Assembly (NCBI GenBank): GCA_945888825.1
Contig: CAMDAT010000001.1
Span: 1-40,658 of the forward strand
From: Bifidobacterium breve
Lineage (GTDB): Bacteria; Actinomycetota; Acidimicrobiia; Acidimicrobiales; Microtrichaceae
Length of the DNA: 40,658 nt
Direction of reading: 5' to 3'
Shown here: one piece after another, positions 8,855-16,358 of the stretch
Numbering within the stretch: position 1 is the first letter of the stretch
Layout of the letters: each line of letters starts with the position of its first letter
Position numbers and translations under genes: made by a program
Notes under the pieces: generated by a model
Told to the model about the DNA's origin: nothing
Seen by the model: the letters and a program-made list of their open reading frames with translations, nothing else
Database searches by the model: none

Positions 8855-10440
8855 GATCTGGCTTGGACCCCGACATCGGCCGACTGAAACTCCAGACGCT
8901 CCCCTACAGTTTCGAGCTTCTCTGACGGGGCTAAGCCAGCACGCTCAAGCGAACTCGCAGCAACGGACTCACCCAGAGTCACCCCACCAGTGGCATCGAA
9001 GAAGTAGTGAATACCGCCCCGAACTCGGCTGTCGGTTGCCTCAGCTGCAGCGTCATAAAACTCCTCGCCGCGTCTTGGGATCAACTGAGCAAGCACCACT
9101 GCTGCTGCGGTCGAGTAGCCAGCGTGTCCAGAAACATACGCTGGGAACGGTGGGGTAAGCAGAGACGGGAGCCACTGAGGAGAGAGATCTTTGCGTATGA
9201 CGGTGACGGGGCGAACAAGGTCATAGGTGTACTTGGAATCCCAGATAGCCACGCTCGCATCGAACAGAGCCGTTGAAAGCACTGCCAACGCGCTCGCCTG
9301 ATCGGCCACATCAGTGGTTCGCAGAGCCTCATCGGCAACATCAGTAAGCCAGTAGCCAGGAGGGGTAGAGCTTCCCGGACCCATGTCCCAGAACCGCACA
9401 ATGCGCAGTTGCCGGTCAGACAGGTTGCTACCCACAGCGAGGACTTGCTCGGCAGCAGCAGTGAACTCAGCCGAGCCTGGCTGAGGTGGTGCTTTGGGGC
9501 GGAACTGGGCCCCAGAGCTCAGATTCCATGGCCGCCAGCTGCCGGCACCTGGTTCAAGCGCCGGAGCGAACATTCCAGGCGTGGGCACCCAGGACCCGTC
9601 CTGCGCTGCAGCGGAATCACCTGTCCATGGGGCTGCACCATCTTCATTGGCATAGGCCAGCGTTGTCGTCCCGACCGAAACTCCAAGGTTCCAGCCTGCA
9701 TCGATTTGCGAAGGCCATATTCCTCCGCTTGCAATGAGCCGATCACGAGCTACTTGGCCGAGTTGCTCAAATCGAGGGCATTCAACCGGCAGGGCCGAGC
9801 AAGCAACCGTCTGCATGGCTGCCGCAGCGACAATCTCTGGTGGCAACGAGGTTGCGGGCAACTCCACGCCCCAGCCATCAGTTCCAGAAATCGGTTTGGC
9901 CAGCGCCTTATCGATTTGGGCGGGCGTCTTTACGAGCGCAACTGAACTCTGAGCGGCCGCAACCACGGCCTCATGTCCGGCAACTCCCAGCATCGCTGCA
10001 TAGCGAGCCATCCGCAGTGGGTTGAGTGATCGGCGGCGTCCCACATCAATGAGCAGATCCATAAAACGTGTCGGAGTTGCTTCAGAAACTCTCGTGTAAT
10101 TATCAACCCCGCTCGACGGTGGGCGAGTAGAGAGTTCCTCACGCAGTTGCTCAAGCGCGGCTACTTCGGCTTGCGGATCGGGACTAACCGTGACCCCTGC
10201 AACAGCTGCAGGCAAGTAGCTCCATCGCTCGCCCGCTGCGGCGAACACACCAAGCGGCTCGGCGGGCTGCTGGTCTGAGGGCTGTTGACCGACGGCTTCT
10301 ACCTCGGAGACTTGAGGACTGGCCGAGTCGTTCTTGTCCGGATTGGAGCGCTCTTTGTCTGCTGAGCCTGCGCTGGAGCACGCCGAAAACAGCAGCGCCA
10401 GAACCATTCCCACCGCTACCACCCGAGCAACTTTCGACAC
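8851..10440 (-). CDS. Vanadium-dependent haloperoxidase-like / PAP2 superfamily lipoprotein
   Basis: Three PAP2/VHPO motifs: KYTYDLVRP, TPPFPAYVSGH and SRVRGGIHY. Also the W-x-PTP and IVRFWD features of bacterial VHPO-like proteins, and lipobox FSAC. Probable start is GTG 10440 with an AAGGGGA RBS. Confidence 0.82.
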   Translation of the reverse strand: MSKVARVVAVGMVLALLFSACSSAGSADKERSNPDKNDSASPQVSEVEAVGQQPSDQQPAEPLGVFAAAGERWSYLPAAVAGVTVSPDPQAEVAALEQLREELSTRPPSSGVDNYTRVSEATPTRFMDLLIDVGRRRSLNPLRMARYAAMLGVAGHEAVVAAAQSSVALVKTPAQIDKALAKPISGTDGWGVELPATSLPPEIVAAAAMQTVACSALPVECPRFEQLGQVARDRLIASGGIWPSQIDAGWNLGVSVGTTTLAYANEDGAAPWTGDSAAAQDGSWVPTPGMFAPALEPGAGSWRPWNLSSGAQFRPKAPPQPGSAEFTAAAEQVLAVGSNLSDRQLRIVRFWDMGPGSSTPPGYWLTDVADEALRTTDVADQASALAVLSTALFDASVAIWDSKYTYDLVRPVTVIRKDLSPQWLPSLLTPPFPAYVSGHAGYSTAAAVVLAQLIPRRGEEFYDAAAEATDSRVRGGIHYFFDATGGVTLGESVAASSLERAGLAPSEKLETVGERLEFQSADVGVQARS

Positions 10441-10572
10441 GCTTCCCCTTCTACAAAGAGTCACCTTCGACACAAGTCCCCCCTGTGCCAACCGATGTTA
10501 TTGCCCTTTGAACGATACCAGAAGGGTTATTTTCTACCGGCTTAGAAGGAATTCAGGCCGGGCCTCGAGATC

Positions 10573-10968
10573 TTACAGATCTAGTGCTGAGCGGATATCA
10601 GTTTGCGCGAAATCCTGCCCCACAAAAAGCAGGCTTTCATTGCGGGCCAAGGCCAAACCGTAGGCAAAACAATCACCAAAGTTAAGCCCCGCCGGATGAC
10701 GTCCCTTTCCAAACCGGCGCCACCCGTCAACAGCAAGCCGAGCTACCTCGGCTGTCACATCCTCAATGCCGATCTCGAGACGCCGGAGTGCCTCATCGGC
10801 AAGAAGAACCCCTTCAGCTCCGGCTCTGCTCTCCACCACCATGAGTAACTCGACGTGATTGGCGGCAGAGATAACCGATTGACCGGTACTACTCAATAAG
10901 TTGTCGATTCGAGCCGCCTCCGGCTCGCCGAGAAGGAGCGCCATGATTGCAGAGGAGTCAACCACCAT
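10573..10968 (-). CDS. vapC: Type II toxin VapC (PIN-domain ribonuclease)
   Basis: MVVDSSA...GEPEA, ISAANHVE and RFGKGRHPAGLNFGDCFAY...LLFVGQDF. Confidence 0.93.
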   Translation of the reverse strand: MVVDSSAIMALLLGEPEAARIDNLLSSTGQSVISAANHVELLMVVESRAGAEGVLLADEALRRLEIGIEDVTAEVARLAVDGWRRFGKGRHPAGLNFGDCFAYGLALARNESLLFVGQDFAQTDIRSALDL

Positions 10969-11213
10969 CAGCTCGGTAGCCCATCTGAGTCGTAGCCAAC
11001 TATCTCGTCAGCAGTTCGAGCATCAAGAACTGACAGGCTTCGGAACTCGACTGCCAGATCAAGCGCTGAACGTCGCGGAAAGCGGGCCAAACGCTCACCC
11101 TCGAGTTTTGCTCGTATTGCCTCGGTTACGGCTTCCGTGATGGATTCACCCGTAATCTCGGCCAGTTCCCGGGCCATTCGATCTGCGCGTTCGCTCTTGA
11201 TGCTCAGTGCCAT
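10968..11213 (-). CDS. vapB: Type II antitoxin VapB (Rv0623-like)
   Basis: MALSIKSERADRMARELAEITGESITEAV...DEIVGYDSDGLP. Overlaps vapC by 1 bp (TGATG). Confidence 0.9.
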   Translation of the reverse strand: MALSIKSERADRMARELAEITGESITEAVTEAIRAKLEGERLARFPRRSALDLAVEFRSLSVLDARTADEIVGYDSDGLPS

Positions 11214-11271
11214 TCTAGAAATCTAGCAATAATTCTAGCATTCTGCTCAAGAGCAGATCTCGGCTCTAGAT
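11213..11271 (-). promoter_or_regulatory. Probable vapBC promoter/operator: extended -10 (TGcTAGATT) 6 nt before the ATG (leaderless), with four TCTAG-core palindromic sites
   Basis: The plus strand shows ttctagaa, atctagca, ttctagca and ctctagat, plus the inverted repeat tctgctc-aa-gagcaga. Confidence 0.5.
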
Positions 11272-11299
11272 GAGTCAAGAAATCCCTTGCGCGCGACCA

Positions 11300-11313
11300 C
11301 GAACATGTGTTCG
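11300..11313. promoter_or_regulatory. LexA (SOS) box, actinobacterial/Firmicutes type CGAAC-N4-GTTCG
   Basis: Exact CGAACATGTGTTCG, 32 bp upstream of ATG 11346, immediately followed by the -10-like TATAGC. An AAGAAGGA RBS lies downstream. Confidence 0.85.
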
Positions 11314-11345
11314 TATAGCTGCCGGTGTGATGGGAAGAAGGATCG

Positions 11346-12431
11346 ATGTCTCAGGTAGTACGCGAAGCGTTGGCAATAGCTATTCAGATCGGCCAGTCGG
11401 TCATGCTGTGGGGAGGCCCTGGCGAAGGGAAATCCCGAATGATCGAGCAACTCGCCGAGCAACTTAACCGGCCTTGCGAGGTTGTAGTTGGAAGCGTGCG
11501 AGAAGCCTCAGACTTTGTGGGCTTACCCGTGCGAGTGGGTGACTCCGTTTCATTCGCTCCTCCACTCTGGGCCACTCGGTGCATTGAACACCCAAATACC
11601 GTTGTGTTCTTGGACGAACTCACCACTGCAGCGCCATCGGTTCAGGCAGCGATGCTGCGCGTGATTCTTGAGCGTGAAGTAGGCGATCTTCGGCTGCCGC
11701 CCACAGTGTCGTTTGTAGCCGCAGCAAACCCGCCCGAAATATCCGCCGGTGGTGACGACCTTGCGCCACCGCTGGCAAACCGGTTCTGCCATCTTGAGTG
11801 GCAGGCGGACTCGGCAAACTGGGTCTCAGGCATGATCCGAGGCTGGCAGCCAGATGCAGTGCCCATTGTTCCAACAAGCCAAACCGTCGAACTTGCTCAT
11901 TGGCGAGCAATGCTGGCTGGGTACATCACGGCAAGGCCCTCGATTCTGCGACAAGTACCCACCGATACAGTCAATCAAGGAAGAGCCTGGCCCTCTCCTA
12001 GAACCTGGGATCAAGCGCATCGAGTAGCAGCCGCAGCGGATGCAGCGGGCGCAAGACGTTCAGTGCGATCCGCCTTAGTCACCGGCCTAGTTGGGTTCGG
12101 GGCCGCAATCGAGTTCCTGCGCTTTGCCGAGACTGTGGAACTTCCCGACCCTGAACTCCTACTCGCCGAGCCATCAACCTTGCTGACAGAAAGCCGGGTG
12201 GACCTTTTGTTGGCCTCCCTCGCCGCAGTCACAGCAGCAGTATCAGTGAATTGCACCCTTGAGCGTTGGCAGAGCGCATGGCAAGTTCTCGCCGTTGCAT
12301 GCGAGGCCGGCCGAGCCGATGTCGCCGCAGTGGCTTCGGTTGGTCTCATTGAGATGCGCCAGCCCGACTGGCCAGCCCCTGCTGCCGCAGCAGCCTTCGC
12401 ACCGGTCCTGCGCGCTGCAGAACTCGTCTAA
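11346..12431 (+). CDS. MoxR-clade / dynein-related AAA+ ATPase
   Basis: Walker A GGPGEGKS, Walker B VVFLDE, sensor AAANP, Arg finger LANRF and the WPSPRTW lid motif. Confidence 0.88.
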   Translation: MSQVVREALAIAIQIGQSVMLWGGPGEGKSRMIEQLAEQLNRPCEVVVGSVREASDFVGLPVRVGDSVSFAPPLWATRCIEHPNTVVFLDELTTAAPSVQAAMLRVILEREVGDLRLPPTVSFVAAANPPEISAGGDDLAPPLANRFCHLEWQADSANWVSGMIRGWQPDAVPIVPTSQTVELAHWRAMLAGYITARPSILRQVPTDTVNQGRAWPSPRTWDQAHRVAAAADAAGARRSVRSALVTGLVGFGAAIEFLRFAETVELPDPELLLAEPSTLLTESRVDLLLASLAAVTAAVSVNCTLERWQSAWQVLAVACEAGRADVAAVASVGLIEMRQPDWPAPAAAAAFAPVLRAAELV

Positions 12432-12436
12432 GGCTC

Positions 12437-12493
12437 CACAAATGACTGCGACACAAATGACTGCGACACAAATGACTGCACCGAGATGACTGC
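12437..12493 (+). repeat. 15-bp tandem repeat (CACAAATGACTGCRA-like), about 4 copies, spanning the intergenic gap and the next start codon
   Basis: ATGACTGC at 12442, 12457, 12472 and 12486 (spacing 15, 15, 14). Confidence 0.85.
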
Positions 12494-13727
12494 AACCAAT
12501 ATCAGCGCCACCCGCATCCCGCCTCTCTCTGGCGCAGACGCCGAGTTTTTCTCGGCCGCACGCCTCCGGGCAGCCAGACTGCAGCCCTACTTGGCTTCAG
12601 CGGTGTTCTCTCTCGTGCCCGTGGCCCAACCTGGGTACGGCACCTTTGGAGTAGATCGCTGGTGGCGGGTCTATCTAGATATGGACCGAGCAAGAGAATG
12701 GGGAATTGCGGCCACTGCAGCCGTCATTCTGCACGAGGCGCATCACGTGGTTCGAGACCATCACGCACGCGCTGATCGAATCAGCGTGGAAGCGCATCAC
12801 GCTCACCTCTGGAATCTTGCGGGTGATGCAGCTATCAACGACGACCTGCTCGAGGATGGTCTGGCGTTGCCCTCGCCGGTCTTACCCAAGCACCTCGGTC
12901 TTCAAACTGGGCTACTCGAAGAAACCTACTTTCGCCACCTGCTCGAACAAGAGGAGCAGGATCAGGCTCAGAAATCTTGTGGGTCAGGCTCAGGTGGAAC
13001 TCCACTCGAGTCCGAGATCGACCAAGAACCCGACTCAACAGACCCCGCTGGCCCGCAGGGAATAGATCAGGTAGAGGCCCAGGCCATACGCCGCGCCGTG
13101 GCGCACGATGTCGTAGCTGCTCAGGGAACAGGGCAAAACGTATCGCCAGGGCTGGTGCTCTGGGCACAAGACCTTCTCAATCCGCAGGTGCCTTGGCAAA
13201 GCTTGCTCCGCTCAGCTCTGGGTTCAAGCGCACGGGCAATCACATCAAAGCCGCAGCCAGATTGGGCTCGGCCCGACAGGCGCAGTGACTCCCGCCCTGA
13301 GTTTCCTCGGCCTGGCTCACGTCACCTGCGCCCTCAGGTCGCCGTCGTGATCGACACCTCCTACTCAATGTCTCGACCATTGCTCAACGCTGCAGTAACA
13401 GAGATCAATGCGCTGCTGCAGCGCTTCGGTGTGAGCGAACTCATCGTGGTCGTCTGTGACGCAGCGGCAACTCCCCCTCAACGAGTGCGCAGAATTGGCG
13501 AGCTGGCGTTGAGCGGTGGCGGCGGCACCGATCTTCGAGTCGGTATTGCGGCGGCAGCGGAATGCCGGCCAAGCCCGCAGATCATCGTCGTGCTCACCGA
13601 TGGCTTCACCCCGTGGCCTCAAGAGGCGCCGGCGCGAACAAAGCTGATCGCCATCATCATCGGCGATCACGCCCCACTTCCCGAGGGGACGGGAATCACC
13701 TCGCTTCGGATCAAGGAGCCCCGGTGA
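12486..13727 (+). CDS. DUF2201-type HExxH metallopeptidase fused to a vWA domain
   Basis: TFGVDRWWRVY, ILHEAHH (HExxH) and WNLAGDAAIND, then CGSGSGG. vWA MIDAS motifs VIDTSYSM, GGGGTD and VLTDG. Confidence 0.88.
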   Translation: MTATNISATRIPPLSGADAEFFSAARLRAARLQPYLASAVFSLVPVAQPGYGTFGVDRWWRVYLDMDRAREWGIAATAAVILHEAHHVVRDHHARADRISVEAHHAHLWNLAGDAAINDDLLEDGLALPSPVLPKHLGLQTGLLEETYFRHLLEQEEQDQAQKSCGSGSGGTPLESEIDQEPDSTDPAGPQGIDQVEAQAIRRAVAHDVVAAQGTGQNVSPGLVLWAQDLLNPQVPWQSLLRSALGSSARAITSKPQPDWARPDRRSDSRPEFPRPGSRHLRPQVAVVIDTSYSMSRPLLNAAVTEINALLQRFGVSELIVVVCDAAATPPQRVRRIGELALSGGGGTDLRVGIAAAAECRPSPQIIVVLTDGFTPWPQEAPARTKLIAIIIGDHAPLPEGTGITSLRIKEPR

Positions 13728-14821
13728 GCCTGGGTGTTCTTGAACCAGTTCAGATGCTGCAACAGCTACGCGCCACTACTCACCTCGACGAATGCTGCTC
13801 CCCGCAACGGCCATTCGAGGAATGCGAATGGTGTCACTGGGCCTTGTGTACGCCCGAGGCAACTCAACTCATGCAGATTCAAACGGATTGCGCTCAACTC
13901 CTGAACAGCAAACTTGCCCCAAGTGTTGCTTGGGTGATCGCCTGCTCGCAGTTGTTCGAGTCCTTTCATGGCATCGAACTCTCAGAGATTCGAGTGCCCG
14001 GCTCACGCGTGCTCGCAGGTCATCTACACAGGGAGCTGTCTGCGGCTCTCATCCCGCTTCGCAAAAAACTCGCTCAGGTCGGCAGAGAAAACGGTCCTCT
14101 CGCAGAGCGCTGCGCACAAACTGCAGGAGTACTCACAGCTGCGGCCATCCAACAACCACAGCATGCAGCCCTGCTAGCTCAGCTGCCGACATCGCTTCGT
14201 GAGCAACTGGGCAAGTTGGCCTCTTCACTCTCTTCTCAATTACAGATAGCGGGCATGTTGCCACTCATCGATCACCTGCACTGGCAGGGGCTGCCTTCGC
14301 TCGAGAGCCAACCCGAGTGGGACCGTCGACCGCGGCCTGGCGATGCCGCTGGCCTAAAGAGACGGCAACTCGCTGGCACCAATCTTGAGGCCGGTTCCCT
14401 TGAGTCCATCGTGGTCGAATCGATGTTCACTCAGCTCACCGAGCAGTTGCTCGAGATGAGCGAGCAGTTCCACCATGGCGCACCACCCGTCACCGTGAGT
14501 CGGCCTCTACAGCAGGGTCGCCATTCGCAGCGCACCCGCAACATGCTGTTTCGAATCGCAAAAATCGACTGGCATCTGAGCTTTGTCGACACTGGCTACG
14601 CCGCCTGTTGGAACACTCGCATTGAGGGTGATCACATGGTCACGGATCTACCTTGGCAAGTGGCCATGGCAGTTGAGGCCTGCGAAGCACATGGGCTTGT
14701 CAGCGCTTGTTACCAAGACCTTCCGCACAAGCCACCGCCTCAGCTGGACGTCAGGATGCAGTCAAGCTCGACGGCCCCATCACAGGCTGAGTTGTTGATC
14801 GTGTTCAAGCAGACCTCGTAG
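13724..14821 (+). CDS. Hypothetical 365-aa protein with an N-terminal Cys/His cluster (putative Zn site)
   Basis: The GTGA overlap with the upstream stop gives a start at 13724, in frame with ORF 13562. Contains HLDECCSPQRPFEECEWCHWALC. No family recognised. Confidence 0.72.
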   Translation: MSLGVLEPVQMLQQLRATTHLDECCSPQRPFEECEWCHWALCTPEATQLMQIQTDCAQLLNSKLAPSVAWVIACSQLFESFHGIELSEIRVPGSRVLAGHLHRELSAALIPLRKKLAQVGRENGPLAERCAQTAGVLTAAAIQQPQHAALLAQLPTSLREQLGKLASSLSSQLQIAGMLPLIDHLHWQGLPSLESQPEWDRRPRPGDAAGLKRRQLAGTNLEAGSLESIVVESMFTQLTEQLLEMSEQFHHGAPPVTVSRPLQQGRHSQRTRNMLFRIAKIDWHLSFVDTGYAACWNTRIEGDHMVTDLPWQVAMAVEACEAHGLVSACYQDLPHKPPPQLDVRMQSSSTAPSQAELLIVFKQTS

Positions 14822-14925
14822 CGCACTTCCCCGGTGCCCACTCCCCAAGACAGCGTCAGGGTAGTGGCCCGTCCGGTCAAGTTGGTACTCGGGCTGCTCT
14901 TGTTGAAGGCAGCTGGCAAGGGACC

Positions 14926-16266
14926 TTACTCATCCACGGTGGCTTCCATGTGTCGGTCATGAACCGATACCGACCGTGGGACAACTGCTGTGACCTCCGG
15001 AGGAGCATCGCTGTCATCAAGCACATTGATCGCTGCACCAATGCCCATTCGCTTGCCGATCGGCATAACAATGAGCAGGACCCCACCGCAAACCCAAAAT
15101 CCTGCTGCTAGTGAGTACTGATCAGACAAGAGTCCGACAATCTCTTGAGCCACCGGAAACACCAACATCGGAACCATGTGATACGCAGTCAAGATCGATC
15201 CGCGTGACGCCTCAGGGGAATGCACCTGCACAAGCGCTGCCAAAACAGAGATATCGATGGCGAAGGCCAAGCCAACCGGAAGTAACAACAGCACCACAAT
15301 CATGAACACCCTGCCCGGGCTTGCGTTCATCTTGGTCACAAACGCCATACCTACCAAGCCCAGCCCTGCAACCAAAAGACACATCCTCTGCATCTGCCCC
15401 CATTTCACCCGGCTGTGAAAACGCTTGACAGCGAGAACAACTACTAAGCCACCGATCACATAAGCAGTCTGCAAAATGGACAGAATCCACGCTCCTGACC
15501 CAATCTCGGCTGCCACTGCCGGCAGCGTGACGGTAAAACTGCCACCAACACAAGAGATCATGCAGGCGACGAACACTGCCCTCAGCCCAGGCTGCGACTT
15601 TCGGAGTTGAAGAATCTCGCGGAACTTGCCCTGCGCAACTGCCTGCGGGGCTTTTCCTGTCACGGGCAGAACAGCTAGCACGGGGGCAAAGAAGGTCAGA
15701 GCACTAAAAAGGTAGATCCAGGTTGGTCCGAGGGCCGCATAAATTGCCCCACCAAGAAGCAGCCCAATAACCGACGAGATTGCCTTGGCCTTGGTAATAG
15801 AAGCGTTGAACTCGGGTACGGCATCCGCTGGGGCCAAGAAGCGGGTGACCATTGCACCAGCGGGAGCAGTGAGTCCAGTGATGATGCCGATCAAGAGGTA
15901 CCACAGCAGAAGGTTTCTTGTAGCAAGCTCGCCGGCGAGCGAGAAGAATACGGGCACAAAGCCAACGATTCCTAGTGCTACACCGCCACAGATGTAGAGC
16001 TTTGCAGCGCTGTATTTTCCTGACAGGCTCGTAGCTGCGCCACCCAAAAATAGGGATGGAACCGAGGACACCACGGTGACCAACGCGCTAATCGCAACGG
16101 AGCCAGAATTTGCGTACACCACATACGAGGTGGCCAGCCAAGCCATCGAACCGCCGAGACCAGACAAGATCGTGGCTCGAATAAACCACGGTCGGTGGCG
16201 CGCAAAATCGTCAAGTACTGCTGCCGATGAGCTCGGCGGTGGTGGCGGAAGTTCAGGCTCCTCCAT
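14926..16266 (-). CDS. MFS transporter (about 12 TM)
   Basis: About 12 hydrophobic segments in two halves, with ALVQVHSPEASRGSILTAY and VGLLSDQY MFS-type motifs. Confidence 0.8.
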   Translation of the reverse strand: MEEPELPPPPPSSSAAVLDDFARHRPWFIRATILSGLGGSMAWLATSYVVYANSGSVAISALVTVVSSVPSLFLGGAATSLSGKYSAAKLYICGGVALGIVGFVPVFFSLAGELATRNLLLWYLLIGIITGLTAPAGAMVTRFLAPADAVPEFNASITKAKAISSVIGLLLGGAIYAALGPTWIYLFSALTFFAPVLAVLPVTGKAPQAVAQGKFREILQLRKSQPGLRAVFVACMISCVGGSFTVTLPAVAAEIGSGAWILSILQTAYVIGGLVVVLAVKRFHSRVKWGQMQRMCLLVAGLGLVGMAFVTKMNASPGRVFMIVVLLLLPVGLAFAIDISVLAALVQVHSPEASRGSILTAYHMVPMLVFPVAQEIVGLLSDQYSLAAGFWVCGGVLLIVMPIGKRMGIGAAINVLDDSDAPPEVTAVVPRSVSVHDRHMEATVDE

Positions 16267-16358
16267 CGACTTGATTCACCCCGAATGCATCTACATGTGC
16301 CAACATGACCTTACAGAAAGCGTCATTCTAGTTGCTTTCTCAAATCATGGGAGTCTTG

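Noticed and set aside
12437-12493. CRISPR-like array
   Set aside because: The units are 15 bp, head-to-tail with no unique spacers, and there are no cas genes.
13823-13837. CxxCH (CEWCH) heme c attachment site
   Set aside because: The protein has no export signal, and the motif lies in a larger Cys/His cluster better explained by zinc binding.
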